Origin: an uncultured delta proteobacterium
GTDB taxonomy: Bacteria; Myxococcota; Myxococcia; Myxococcales; Myxococcaceae
Length of the DNA: 64,000 nucleotides
Direction: 5' to 3'
Assembly: GCA_963713045.1 (NCBI GenBank)
Contig: CAVQKE010000006.1
Coordinates: 192,001 to 256,000 of the forward strand
Made by a program: the position numbers and the translations under genes. Shown here in pieces: positions 1 to 10,112 of this stretch. The notes beneath the pieces are model-generated. The model had not been told where the DNA came from. It ran no database searches and worked only from the letters and a program-made list of their open reading frames with translations. Every line of letters starts with the position of its first letter. Positions within the stretch are counted from its first letter, which is position 1.

Positions 1-16
1 TTGGGCCCGTGCGCGC

Positions 17-424
17 GTGCGGCTGGCCCTGGCGGCGGCCCTCTTTGTCCTCGTCCTGGTGCTGGCGGTGGGCTGGTTTGTTAGTCGCCGCGTCACCCCC
101 GGCGACTTTGTCGTGCGCCTGGCCCCCACAGCCCCGGGAGCGCGCACCTACCAACTCAGCCTCCGCGGCCCCGGCGGGGTGGTGCTTGGGGTGTGGGGGT
201 TTCAGGACGCGCCAGGGCCTTCCATTCTGGCCGGCCTCCAGCAGAAGGTGCCCTGGAAGGCCGTCTCCACGCAGGCCGGGCCGAGCCAGCCCTGTGTGAC
301 GCTGGAAGCACCGCTGTCCGTGCCGGCGGCGGCCCTCGCCCCCATCGAAACGCTGGCACTGGAGCAGTGCTGCCCCGGCGCGACAAACCGCGCGGGCTGC
401 CCCGTCCGCCGCGTGGTGCGCTGA
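17..424 (+). CDS. hypothetical membrane-anchored protein
   Basis: 135-aa ORF with N-terminal hydrophobic helix; no family recognised. Confidence 0.55.
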   Translation: MRLALAAALFVLVLVLAVGWFVSRRVTPGDFVVRLAPTAPGARTYQLSLRGPGGVVLGVWGFQDAPGPSILAGLQQKVPWKAVSTQAGPSQPCVTLEAPLSVPAAALAPIETLALEQCCPGATNRAGCPVRRVVR

Positions 425-497
425 CACCAGAGGCCCGTATCGCCGCAAACGCTGTCGACGGAAGCGCCCGGGGCGCGTACCTTGTCCCTCGCTTCCC

Positions 498-3400
498 ATG
501 GCCCTCGTCCCCGGTATGAAGGTGCGCTACCTGCCGCAGCCCGAATGGGGCGTGGGGCACCTGGTGCGCCTGTCGACGGACGGGGGCAAGGCGGAGGTGG
601 TGTTTCCCGGCCGGCCCGAGCCCACCATTGTCTCCACCAAGGCGGGCGCCCTGGTGCCGCAACCCCTGGGGACGGGAGACCGCATTCACACCGCCAAGGG
701 GCGCCCGGGGCTGGTGACGGGCGAGGTGCCCGGCGGTCGGGGCCTGCGCCGGTATGAAGTTCGCTTTGATGATGGCGCCGAAGACGAGCTTCCGGAGTCC
801 GAAGTGCACGCCGAGCCGCCGCCGCCGGACGTGCTGGCCGCCCTGCGGGAGGGCCGGGTGGCCAACGCGCGGGCCTTCCTGCTTCGCCGCCGGGCGCTGC
901 GGCTGGACGAGGAGCGCCGCAACGACGCCCTGGGCGCGCTCTTGGCATCCCGGGTGATGGTGAAGCCTCACCAGGTGGGGGTGGTGCAGCGGGTCCTCTC
1001 CGCCCGCGCGCCGCGCTTCGTGCTGGCGGATGAAGTGGGCCTGGGCAAAACCATCGAGGCGGGCATGGTGTACTCCGCCCTCCGGCTTTCCGGGCTGGCC
1101 GCCCGGGTGCTGGTGGTGGTCCCCAGCCACCTCACCGTGCAGTGGCTGGCTGAGCTCTTCCACAAATTCAACCAACTCTTCACCCTGTTGGACAGCGAGC
1201 GCCTGGCCGCCAGCCGCGAGGAGCAGCCCGATGTCTCCCCCTGGGCGCGCTTCCCCACCGTTGTGACCAGTCTCGAATTGCTGTCCCGCACCGAGGCCCT
1301 CTCCAGCGAGGCGGCCGCGGCCGGCTGGGACCTCGTCATTGTGGACGAGGCACACCACCTCCGCGGGGAAGCCGCCTTCCGGGCCATCTCCTCCCTCGCC
1401 GTGCGCAGCTGGGGGCTGCTCCTCCTCACCGCCACGCCGATGCAGCTCGACCCGGAGGAATACCGTCGGCTGCTCACCCTGCTCGAGCCGACGACGGCTC
1501 CCACCGCGGCGCAGCTGGCTGAGCGGTTGGCCCGCCAGGAACAGCTGACTGAGGTGGTGCGTGCCTTACTGGCCTCCCCCGAAAAGACGCCGGCCGCGGC
1601 CCTGGCGGCCCTTCGGGCGCGCTACCCAGACGATGCCCGGCTGGCGAAGCTGCGTGAGCCGGGCGCGCTGCTGAGCCACTTGGCGGAGACGTACAGCCTC
1701 TCGGACAGACTCATCCGCAACCGGCGCGCCCGCGTCGGCGGCTTCAGCGAGAGGCGGCTGCACCGTCACCCGGTGCGCCTCTCCGAGGACGAGCGCGCGG
1801 CGCGAAGCGCCGTGTTGGCGGCCCTGGCCGAGGGGCCTTTGCGAGGCGCCGCCTTGGCCGGGCTGTTGCGCCGTCTGGACTCCTCGGCGGCAGCCTTCGC
1901 GCAGGCAGCGCGCGCCGTGCCGGCCCTCAGCCCCCTGGCCAGCCGCTTTGCAGCGCGCGACGCGAAGTTTCTGGCGCTGCTGGCGCTGGTGCGAGACGTC
2001 TGGGCGCGCGAACCTGGTGCCAAAGTGCTGCTCTTCACCGAGGCCCGGGAGACGCTGGAAGCGCTGCGGGACTTGCTTCGCGCCGAGGGGGTGGAGGCGC
2101 TCGGCTACCACGGAGACTTGGCCCTGGTGGAGCGGGACCGGCAGGTGGCGCGCTTCCGGGACCCAGACGGGCCCCTCCTCCTCATCTGCACCGAAGTCGG
2201 CGGCGAGGGCCGCAACTTCCAGTTCGCCCACCATCTCGTCCACTACGACTTGCCCTGGAGCCCGGCCACCGCCGAGCAGCGCATTGGACGGTTGGACCGC
2301 ATTGGGCAAACCCACCCGGTGGACATCCACGTCTTCGACGTTGAGGGCACCCTGGCCGCAGACGTGCTGGCGCTGCTGGCCGACGCGGTCGGCGTCTTCG
2401 GCGAGACGGTGGGCGGGTTGGACGCGGTGCTGGAGGGGGTGGAGTCCCGCCTGCTGCAGCTGGCGCTGGAGCCGGCGGGTGCCCGGGCCCGCTACCGCGA
2501 GGAGTTGGCCCGGGCGGTGTCCGCGGCCCGCGCGGCGGCCCGCCAGGCGTATGACCCGCTGCTCGACGTCCGCAGCTTCGACAAGGAGGCGGTGGAGGCG
2601 CTGCTGACGCGGGCCCAAGTCCGTCTCGGAATTGAGCCGGACCCCGAGTCCAGCCTGGAGGATGGGCTGTGGGGCGTGGCACGTGACCTCGACGAGCGGC
2701 TGGAAGAGGCGGTGACCGAGCTCGCCGAGCGGGTGGGCATTGGCGTCGACACCGACCGCGAGGTGAATGCCTTCCAATGCGCCTTTCACTTTGGGCATGC
2801 CCTCACCGTGGAGGCGCTGCCCGGCCTGGACGTCAGCCAGGAGAAGACGGTGCTTGGCACCTTCTGGCGCGATACCGCGGTGGAGCAGGAGGAGATTGAC
2901 TTCTTTGCCACCGGCCACCCGGTGGTGGAGGCCCTCTTCGGCTTCCTTCGCGACGGACCCTACGGGCGCACCGGCTTTCGCGGCATTCAGCGCCGCGGCG
3001 CCAAGCGCGCACGGGGGATGGAGGTGCTGTTTCATCTCGTCCCACCGGAACCCGAGGACACCTCCCCCGGCGCGCGCGTCCCCTCGCGCCAGCTGGCCCG
3101 CTTTCTGGACACCGGCCTGATTCGCGTGGCGGTGGTGGCCGGCCCCACCGGCAAGCCCCTCGTCGACCCCAGCTTCTTGGAAGTCCTCGAGGAGGAAGGG
3201 CGCGGCCTGCCGGCCGACCAGGTTCGGGCGGCCTTCCCCGACTTGGCCACCTTCGTCGACGCCGGCGTGGCCGAGGCGCGCCGTGCTGCCGAGGACCAGC
3301 TTGCCACCCTGCGGGCGCGAGCCCGGGAGGCACTCATCGCCGAGCGCGACCTCACCCTGGAGCGCCTGGGCCGTGCCCTCCACCACCAGGGCGTGGCGGA

Positions 3401-3518
3401 GAAGACGGTGGCCGCGCAGCTTGCTTTGGAGCGCGCCTACGCCACCACCCTCGAGCAAACGCTGCAGAGGGTGACACTGCAGCTCGACTCGGTGTGCGGC
3501 TTCGTCGTCGACCACTGA
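498..3518 (+). CDS. rapA: SNF2-family helicase, RapA/HepA-like RNA polymerase-associated protein
   Basis: LADEVGLGKT Walker A, IVDEAHH, LLTATP, GEGRNFQ and QRIGRLDRIGQ motifs; 1006 aa. Confidence 0.8.
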   Translation: MALVPGMKVRYLPQPEWGVGHLVRLSTDGGKAEVVFPGRPEPTIVSTKAGALVPQPLGTGDRIHTAKGRPGLVTGEVPGGRGLRRYEVRFDDGAEDELPESEVHAEPPPPDVLAALREGRVANARAFLLRRRALRLDEERRNDALGALLASRVMVKPHQVGVVQRVLSARAPRFVLADEVGLGKTIEAGMVYSALRLSGLAARVLVVVPSHLTVQWLAELFHKFNQLFTLLDSERLAASREEQPDVSPWARFPTVVTSLELLSRTEALSSEAAAAGWDLVIVDEAHHLRGEAAFRAISSLAVRSWGLLLLTATPMQLDPEEYRRLLTLLEPTTAPTAAQLAERLARQEQLTEVVRALLASPEKTPAAALAALRARYPDDARLAKLREPGALLSHLAETYSLSDRLIRNRRARVGGFSERRLHRHPVRLSEDERAARSAVLAALAEGPLRGAALAGLLRRLDSSAAAFAQAARAVPALSPLASRFAARDAKFLALLALVRDVWAREPGAKVLLFTEARETLEALRDLLRAEGVEALGYHGDLALVERDRQVARFRDPDGPLLLICTEVGGEGRNFQFAHHLVHYDLPWSPATAEQRIGRLDRIGQTHPVDIHVFDVEGTLAADVLALLADAVGVFGETVGGLDAVLEGVESRLLQLALEPAGARARYREELARAVSAARAAARQAYDPLLDVRSFDKEAVEALLTRAQVRLGIEPDPESSLEDGLWGVARDLDERLEEAVTELAERVGIGVDTDREVNAFQCAFHFGHALTVEALPGLDVSQEKTVLGTFWRDTAVEQEEIDFFATGHPVVEALFGFLRDGPYGRTGFRGIQRRGAKRARGMEVLFHLVPPEPEDTSPGARVPSRQLARFLDTGLIRVAVVAGPTGKPLVDPSFLEVLEEEGRGLPADQVRAAFPDLATFVDAGVAEARRAAEDQLATLRARAREALIAERDLTLERLGRALHHQGVAEKTVAAQLALERAYATTLEQTLQRVTLQLDSVCGFVVDH

Positions 3519-3624
3519 CGCCGCCCGGGCGGCTAACCTTGGTGACGTTCCCCCTCCCCGGGGGTAGCACCGTCCCCCCGGGGGGGCATCGGCAACCCTG
3601 TCGTCCTTGCTGGAGGTGAAGCCC

Positions 3625-4545
3625 ATGCGCCGTTGTCTGGTGGTTGCCCTTGCCGTGCTGAGGATGGCTCCGGCCGCCGCCGCGGACACAGCGCCCCAGC
3701 CGGTGACGCTGCTCGTCCTCGGCTCAGGCGGCCCGAGACTTTCCAGCCGCGCCTCGGTGGGAAACCTCCTCCTGGTGGACGGCAAGGCGCGGGTGTTGGT
3801 GGACGCTGGCTCCGGGACGTTTGTCCGTGCCGGCGAGGCGGGGATTGACCTGTCGGACTTGGAGGCCGTGCTGCTGACCCACCTGCACGTCGACCACTCC
3901 GGAGAACTGGCCGGCTTCGTGAAGGCCCTCGGTCTCGACGCCACTGGCACCGTGCACCTGCGGGTCCTCGGCCCCACCGGCAGCGCGCGCTTTCCCTCCA
4001 CCTCGGCCTTCATCGAAGGCCTGTTTGGGCCCCGGGGGCTGTACCGGTACCTGCGCGACTTCGGCGCGGAGATGCGCGTCGTGGGTGTCGACGTCCCGGC
4101 CAAGCTGGGCTCGCCACCTCGGACGCTGGTGCTGGCCAAGGACTTGTCCGTCACTGCGCAGGCCATTCACCACGGCGACGCGCCGGCGGTGGCCTTTCGC
4201 CTCGAAGTGGCCGGGCGCAGCGTGGTGTATTCCGGCGACATCGACGCCTCGGGGCTGCCCTCCCTCGCGCAGCTGGCCAAGGGGGCGGACCTCCTGGTGG
4301 TCAGCTGCGCGGTGCTCGACCCTCCGGATTCACCGGCCGCCCTGTACCAACTGCACAGTCCGCCCAAGCTGCTCGGCGAGACGGCGGCCAAGGCCGCGGT
4401 GGGGGCACTGCTTTTGACGCACCTGCCACCGGCCGTCGTCAGCCAACAGGCCGAAGTGCTGGCCTCGGTGCGCAAGGCCTACGCCGGGCCCGTCACCTTC
4501 GCCGAGGACGGCCTGCGGGTTAGCGTCACCGCTTCCGGTCGATGA
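3625..4545 (+). CDS. secreted MBL-fold metallo-hydrolase (RNase Z/arylsulfatase-like)
   Basis: LGSGGP, LVDAG, THLHVDH, YSGD and LTHL motifs; signal peptide. Confidence 0.85.
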   Translation: MRRCLVVALAVLRMAPAAAADTAPQPVTLLVLGSGGPRLSSRASVGNLLLVDGKARVLVDAGSGTFVRAGEAGIDLSDLEAVLLTHLHVDHSGELAGFVKALGLDATGTVHLRVLGPTGSARFPSTSAFIEGLFGPRGLYRYLRDFGAEMRVVGVDVPAKLGSPPRTLVLAKDLSVTAQAIHHGDAPAVAFRLEVAGRSVVYSGDIDASGLPSLAQLAKGADLLVVSCAVLDPPDSPAALYQLHSPPKLLGETAAKAAVGALLLTHLPPAVVSQQAEVLASVRKAYAGPVTFAEDGLRVSVTASGR

Positions 4546-4570
4546 AGTCCCGCTGGCGCTGGCGCTGGCC

Positions 4571-5560
4571 TTACCCTCCCACCTCGAGGACGGCCGCCCC
4601 CCGAAAGCGCCCGCGTCGCAGTGCTTCCAGCGCCTCATTGGCCCGTGCCAGTGGGAAGACCGTCACCTCCGGACGCACCGGCACCCGGGGGGCCAGCTGC
4701 AGAAACTGCAGGCCGTCCTCGCGGGTGAGGTTGGCCACGCTGCGCACCAGCCGCTCCTGCCACAGCAGCTTGTACGGGAAGGAGGGAATGTCACTCATGT
4801 GGATGCCGGCGCACACCACCTTGCCGCCCGGGCCCACCGCCTCCAGTGCGCGCACCACGAGGCTTCCCACCGGGGCAAACAGCAGGGCGGCGTCCAGCGA
4901 CTCTGGCGGCAGCTCGCTCGAGCCGCCGGCCCACTCCGCGCCCTGGCTGCGCGCAAATTCCTGGTCCGCCAGGTCTCCGTCCCGGGTGAAGGCAAACACC
5001 CGCCGGCCCTGGTGGCGGGCCACCTGCGTGATGAGGTGGGCGGAGGCACCGAAGCCATACAGCCCGAGCTTCTCGGCGCTGCCGGCGAGACGGAGGGCGC
5101 GGAAGCCGATGAGGCCGGAACACAACAGCGGCGCCGCGTGGACGTCGTCGATGCCCTCCGGCAAGGCAAAGCAGTAGCGCGCGTCGGCCACCATCCGCTC
5201 GGCGTAGCCGCCGTCCAGCTGGTAGCCGGTGAAGAGGGCGTTGGGGCAGAGGTTTTCCCGGCCGGTACGGCAGTAGAGGCACACCCCGTCGGTCCAGCCG
5301 AGCCAAGGCACACCCACCCGCTGCCCGACGGCAAGGTGGGTCACCTCGCCGCCCCGTTCCACGACACGCCCCACCACCTCGTGTCCCAGCACCAGCGGCA
5401 GCTTGGGCTGGCCCAATTCCCCGTCGAGGATGTGGAGGTCGGTGCGGCACACCCCGCACGCCGACACCGCCAGCCGCACCTGCTCCGGCCCCAGCGCCGC
5501 CTCCGGCAGCGTGCGCAGGGCCAGCGGCTCACCGGCGCGCTCGAGCACCATGGCCTTCAT
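4571..5560 (-). CDS. zinc-dependent alcohol dehydrogenase
   Basis: MKAMVL start, CGVCRTDLH, GHEVVG, CxxCxxxxxxxC structural-Zn region, GLYGFG. Confidence 0.9.
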   Translation of the reverse strand: MKAMVLERAGEPLALRTLPEAALGPEQVRLAVSACGVCRTDLHILDGELGQPKLPLVLGHEVVGRVVERGGEVTHLAVGQRVGVPWLGWTDGVCLYCRTGRENLCPNALFTGYQLDGGYAERMVADARYCFALPEGIDDVHAAPLLCSGLIGFRALRLAGSAEKLGLYGFGASAHLITQVARHQGRRVFAFTRDGDLADQEFARSQGAEWAGGSSELPPESLDAALLFAPVGSLVVRALEAVGPGGKVVCAGIHMSDIPSFPYKLLWQERLVRSVANLTREDGLQFLQLAPRVPVRPEVTVFPLARANEALEALRRGRFRGAAVLEVGG

Positions 5561-6024
5561 GTCGCACCCTGCAGCGCCTTGCGTAAGAAGACGGCCTCGC
5601 CCCAGGGGCGGGGTGCGCGTTTGAAAGCTTGGTAGCCGAGGCTTCGGTAGAGGGCCAGCGCGGCGGCATTGGTGGGCCGGGTGCTCAGCGTCAGCACGTG
5701 AATTCCGCGCGTCTTGGCCTCCGCCTCGGCGAAGCGTGTCAGCAAGCGACCGAGCCCTCGACGGCCCACCGCCGCCGTCACGGCGAGGCTGGTGACGGCC
5801 GCGGTGGTGTGCCCGTCGGCGACTTCTGGGTCTTCGTCCACGAAGTCCAAGGCGACCATGGCCACCACTTCGTCGGCCAGTTCGGCCACCCACATGGCGC
5901 GCGCCCCCTGCTTCACGGCTTCAAACCAGTCCGGCACCGCCTCCGCATCCCAACCCGCTTCCAGCCGCAGTGCCCGGAGCCGGTGTGCGTCGGCGGGGCG
6001 GGCCGGCCGCACCAGGGGCCTCAC
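5557..6024 (-). CDS. GNAT family N-acetyltransferase
   Basis: RRGLGRLL acetyl-CoA motif, NAAALALYRSLGY; overlaps both neighbouring genes. Confidence 0.8.
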   Translation of the reverse strand: MRPLVRPARPADAHRLRALRLEAGWDAEAVPDWFEAVKQGARAMWVAELADEVVAMVALDFVDEDPEVADGHTTAAVTSLAVTAAVGRRGLGRLLTRFAEAEAKTRGIHVLTLSTRPTNAAALALYRSLGYQAFKRAPRPWGEAVFLRKALQGAT

Positions 6025-6644
6025 GACGTCTCGAGCAGCCAGTGCACGGCGGTGGCGCACACCGCGTCGAACTCGCGCTGCTTCCCGGTGAGGAGGTGGT
6101 CGGCCTCCGGCAACTCGAAGAGACGCGCGTGGGGAATGCGCGCCACCAGGGCACGGACGTCCTCAATGGACGCAAATTCGTCCCGGAGGGCCTGGATGAC
6201 GGCCACCGGCTGGTGCAGCGACTCGGCCACCGAGAGGTCGAAGAGACGGGTGGCCATGCCCACTGCCAGCACCCGCGCCACGCGGGGCTCCACCGCTGCC
6301 AGCTCGAGCGCGGTGCGTGCGCCGAAGCTGAAGCCGGCGACGGCGAGGGGAACTCCGGGCACTTGTCCTTCCAGCCAGTCCAAGGCGGTGCGGGCATCTT
6401 CAAGTTCTCCGGGCCCACTGTCGTAGGCGCCGGTGGAGGCGCCCACGCCGCGAAAGTTGAAGCGAAGGACGCTGCAGCGGGCCGTCCTGAAGGCTGCTGC
6501 CACGCGGTAGGTGACGGTGTTGTGCAGGTTTCCACCGGCCAGTGGGTGCGGATGGCACACCAGGGCCGCGCCCCGCGGCGCTTCCTGGGTCCAAAGCATG
6601 CCCTCCAGGTGGCCGTGGGGGGCCGGAATGTCGACCTGTGCCAC
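6021..6644 (-). CDS. alpha/beta hydrolase
   Basis: CHPHPLAGG, RFNFRGVG, GFSFG nucleophile elbow, ADH. Confidence 0.85.
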   Translation of the reverse strand: MAQVDIPAPHGHLEGMLWTQEAPRGAALVCHPHPLAGGNLHNTVTYRVAAAFRTARCSVLRFNFRGVGASTGAYDSGPGELEDARTALDWLEGQVPGVPLAVAGFSFGARTALELAAVEPRVARVLAVGMATRLFDLSVAESLHQPVAVIQALRDEFASIEDVRALVARIPHARLFELPEADHLLTGKQREFDAVCATAVHWLLETS

Positions 6645-6876
6645 AAGCCAAAGGTTAGGACGTCGAGGCCGGAGCTGTCTTGGCCGGCCGCGGTGGAAGC
6701 TGGGCGCCCCCGCCGCCCCCAAGGCACTTCGGGCGAACAGCGGACCAAGGTGTGTCTTGTCAATTCCGGTACCGCGGAAGCCTGGTGGTTGCGACAGCCG
6801 CCCGGGAACGACGCTGGCGTTGCGAGGGGCCCTGCGACATCGGTGTGGCCCCAGGGGGACACCGCGACCCGAGGCC

Positions 6877-7425
6877 TTACGGCCAGAGCTGGCTTCGCAG
6901 CGTCCGGGCGCGCGTCTGCAGCTCAGGGTCCATGCTGGTCAACTCAATGGATTTGAGGCGCTCGTCCAAACTTCTCGGCAGTTTGGTCTTCAGCTTGCCC
7001 TCGTCGTTGAGGGCCTCGAGGCGCGCCAGCGCCAGGCCCACCACCCGCTCGCGGGGATGGTCCAACAGCGAGTCGAGGAAGTAGGGGTCCTCTGGCAGCT
7101 CGGGGTATTTCTCCAGGTAGTCGAGCACTCCCTGCACCCAACTCTTTCGGTCCATCTCCCGCAGCTGAAGCATCGCCTCGCGCTGGGCCTTCCGTTTCCC
7201 TTCGGGGTCGAATGTCTTGGCGAGGCCCTCGGGGAGCTCCCCGCCCTTGAAGAGGGCATCGGCTGCAATCTTGTACCGGCTGTAGCTGGCGCTGCGCTCG
7301 ATGCGTTGCTGGGCCGGGTCGTCCTGGCGCGAGTGGTACTTGCTTTTCCCGCGCTGGGCATCAATTTCTCGCCAGCTCTTGTTGCGCTTCCCGCTGAATC
7401 CGCCGCCCTCGTCGTCCTTGGGCAT
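6877..7425 (-). CDS. hypothetical protein
   Basis: Coding-like ORF, KSWREID motif; collinear with neighbours. Confidence 0.6.
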   Translation of the reverse strand: MPKDDEGGGFSGKRNKSWREIDAQRGKSKYHSRQDDPAQQRIERSASYSRYKIAADALFKGGELPEGLAKTFDPEGKRKAQREAMLQLREMDRKSWVQGVLDYLEKYPELPEDPYFLDSLLDHPRERVVGLALARLEALNDEGKLKTKLPRSLDERLKSIELTSMDPELQTRARTLRSQLWP

Positions 7426-7439
7426 GTCTTCCACCACCT

Positions 7440-8177
7440 TCACGTGCGCCGCACAGCCCACAGGGCCGCGACGAGCTTTCTCATCCATTCCCGCAGCGCG
7501 GCGCGTTCCTCGGCCGCGACGGGCGCTTCCTCGTTCTGCTCGGCCTCGAAGAGCGCTTCGTCCGCGTAAGTCAGTAACGCGGACGGGCCCCCGTCGCCTT
7601 CGGGGCTTTTCGTCAACGCCGCGGGGTTGACCCGGCCCGGCGCTGCCCTGCACCCCAGCTCGAGCATCGCATGCAGCTCGAAGGCCAGTTCCTGCAGGAC
7701 CCCATACCCTTCATCGGATAGGGCCTGTTCGTCAAGAAAGGTCAACAGGCTGTCCTGGCGATTCTCAAAGGAATGCAACAGGCGGGTGCGCGCCCTTGCG
7801 TCCTGGGCCAAAAAGCGCCTGGCGGTTTCCACCCACGCCGAAGTCGGCGTGGCGCCGGCCCAGGGCCCGGGGGGGAGGGGCCGGGCAGTCTTGGGCCTTG
7901 GCCCAGCAAGCCGCAGGTTGACGTCGTCTTGACAGAGGTCCCACAGGCCGAGGAGGTTTTGGAAGAGCCGCCGCGCCTGGCCCGGGTCCCGAAAGCGCGG
8001 CTCCTCGGGAAACAGGGTGGGGATGACGTCGCTTGGCGCGAGCCCGGACTTCCGGGCCTGGCGGAACTGCCCCAGCACCTCCTCGGGCCCGTACGGAGAG
8101 CCGCCCTCTTCCAACAGGTCGGCCAACACGGCCGCGCCTTCGAAGCGCCGTTCAAAGGAAGCTTTGCTTCGGGTCAT
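7440..8177 (-). CDS. hypothetical protein
   Basis: Coding-like ORF in a minus-strand gene run. Confidence 0.6.
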   Translation of the reverse strand: MTRSKASFERRFEGAAVLADLLEEGGSPYGPEEVLGQFRQARKSGLAPSDVIPTLFPEEPRFRDPGQARRLFQNLLGLWDLCQDDVNLRLAGPRPKTARPLPPGPWAGATPTSAWVETARRFLAQDARARTRLLHSFENRQDSLLTFLDEQALSDEGYGVLQELAFELHAMLELGCRAAPGRVNPAALTKSPEGDGGPSALLTYADEALFEAEQNEEAPVAAEERAALREWMRKLVAALWAVRRT

Positions 8178-8279
8178 GCCGTTTTGAAAGTCACCGGCGG
8201 ACGGGAGAAAAAGCATCGCTCCAAAGGCCGCGTGCCGTCGAGAGGTCCGGCCCGCCAGCAAAGGGGCTCTTGCGACGGG

Positions 8280-10094
8280 CTAAGACTCGGCCGACGCTGG
8301 ACGTTCCGCTTCCTCCACCAGCGCGGCGCCTTGGCTGAGGAGACGTGCGTAGACGCCCCGACGCGCCACCAACTCAGCGTGCGTCCCCTGTTCCACCACC
8401 CGGCCCGCCTCCAGCACGTACAACACGTCGGCGTGCCGCACCGTGGACAGACGGTGGGCGATGACCAGCGTCGTCCGGCCCACCATCAAATCCCGAAGCC
8501 CCGCGCGAACCTCGGCCTCTGCGGCCGCGTCGAGCGAGCTGGACGGCTCGTCCAGCAGCAGCAGCGAGGGCTGGCGCAAAAAGGCGCGCGCAATGGCGAG
8601 CCGCTGGCGCTGGCCACCAGAGAGCCGCCCGCCGCGTTCCCCCACCTCCTCGTCGAGTCCGCGGGGAAAGCTGCGGACGAAGCCCTCGGCATGGGCCAGC
8701 CGCAGGGCCTCCCACACCTGGGCCTCTGTCGCCTCGGGCCGGCCCAACAGCACCGCATCCCGAACCGAGCCCGAGAAAAGCACCGGCTCCTGCGCCACCC
8801 ACGCCATCTGCGTCCGGAGACCGGAGGGCCGCAGCGTCCGGACGTCCTCTGCGTCCCACAGGATGCGCCCGGAGGACACGTCAACAAAGCCGAGGAGCGC
8901 CGCAAAGGCGGTGGACTTGCCCGCGCCTGAGGCGCCCACCAGCGCTGCCGTTTTTCCGGCGGGGACGTCGAGGGTGAGGCCGGCCAGCGCCTCGTCGCGG
9001 CCCGCAGCATAGCGGACGCGCACGTCCTCAAAGCGCACCGCGCGGCGCAGCGGCGCTACCGGAGCACCGACGTCCGGGGGGCGGGGGAGTGCTTCCAGCT
9101 CGAGCAGGCGCTCGGCGGCGCCCAAACCGGTCAGGACTTGGGCGAAGGTGCCGGAGAGAGACTTCAGCGGTCCGTACATCAGCATCACTGCGCCCACGTA
9201 GCTCAACAGGTGCGTCGCCAGCGGCGGGTCTTGTGCCACCGCCCGCGCCCCCACCGCCAGGGCCAGGGCCAGCCCACTGACGCCGAGCACCTCCACCGTT
9301 GGGCTGGCGGCCCCGCGCAACAGCAGCGAGCGGTCCATTTCGCGCAAGTACAGCTGCTGTTCCGCGTCGAAGCGCTGCCTGGCTTGGCCCTCGGCGCCGT
9401 AGGCCTGAAGAATGGGCAGGGCATGCAGCTGCTCGCCGACCAGGGCCGTCAGTCGGCCGAGGCTGCCCTGTGTCGAGCGGGCCGCGCGCTTCACGGCGCG
9501 GGCAAAGCGCAGCACCGGCACCAGCGTCACCGGCAGCACGACGAAGGAGAGGATGAACAGGCGCCAGTCCAGGGCGGCGCACAGCACCAGCAGCGCCAGC
9601 AGCTGCAGCCCCTCGCGGACGTAGGAGGTGAGGCCCTGCGTCACCGCAAATTCCAGTTGGGCGACGTCGGCGGTCAGGCGCGCCACCATGTCGCCCGACG
9701 AGCGGTCCTCCAGCGTCCGCGGCGGCACCCACACCAGGTGCTCGAAAACCTCGGCTCGAAATGCAGCCAGCACCCGTTGCCCCACCGACTGCATCCAACC
9801 GGTTTGTAGAAATTGAGCGGTCGCCTTCACCAATGCCGCGGCCACCACCGCCAGCGGCAGGACCCAGCGCCAGGCGTGGGTTTGCAGCTCGACCGGTCCC
9901 AGCTGGACGCTGCCCCCAAGCAGCACGCCCTTCAACAGCGGTCCCACCAGCCAGGCATAGGTGGCCGCCGCCGCGGCGGAGATGGCCGCCGCCACCAGCG
10001 CCACCATCACCCGCAGGCGGTACGGACGTAGCAGGCCGAAGAGCCGCCGAAGCGGGGTGGCCAGTCCAGAATCAGGCGTTATAGTCACTTGCAC
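8280..10094 (-). CDS. ABC transporter permease/ATP-binding protein (MsbA-like); start uncertain
   Basis: TM domain plus GASGAGKS, LSGGQRQR, LLLDE and IAHRLSTV. Confidence 0.9.
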   Translation of the reverse strand: MQVTITPDSGLATPLRRLFGLLRPYRLRVMVALVAAAISAAAAATYAWLVGPLLKGVLLGGSVQLGPVELQTHAWRWVLPLAVVAAALVKATAQFLQTGWMQSVGQRVLAAFRAEVFEHLVWVPPRTLEDRSSGDMVARLTADVAQLEFAVTQGLTSYVREGLQLLALLVLCAALDWRLFILSFVVLPVTLVPVLRFARAVKRAARSTQGSLGRLTALVGEQLHALPILQAYGAEGQARQRFDAEQQLYLREMDRSLLLRGAASPTVEVLGVSGLALALAVGARAVAQDPPLATHLLSYVGAVMLMYGPLKSLSGTFAQVLTGLGAAERLLELEALPRPPDVGAPVAPLRRAVRFEDVRVRYAAGRDEALAGLTLDVPAGKTAALVGASGAGKSTAFAALLGFVDVSSGRILWDAEDVRTLRPSGLRTQMAWVAQEPVLFSGSVRDAVLLGRPEATEAQVWEALRLAHAEGFVRSFPRGLDEEVGERGGRLSGGQRQRLAIARAFLRQPSLLLLDEPSSSLDAAAEAEVRAGLRDLMVGRTTLVIAHRLSTVRHADVLYVLEAGRVVEQGTHAELVARRGVYARLLSQGAALVEEAERPASAES

Positions 10095-10112
10095 TCGTCA
10101 GGAGCCTACAGA

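Noticed and set aside
1566..4166. Long antisense ORFs (also 10098-11546, 14583-16169 and others)
   Set aside because: Shadow frames of well-supported genes in high-GC DNA.
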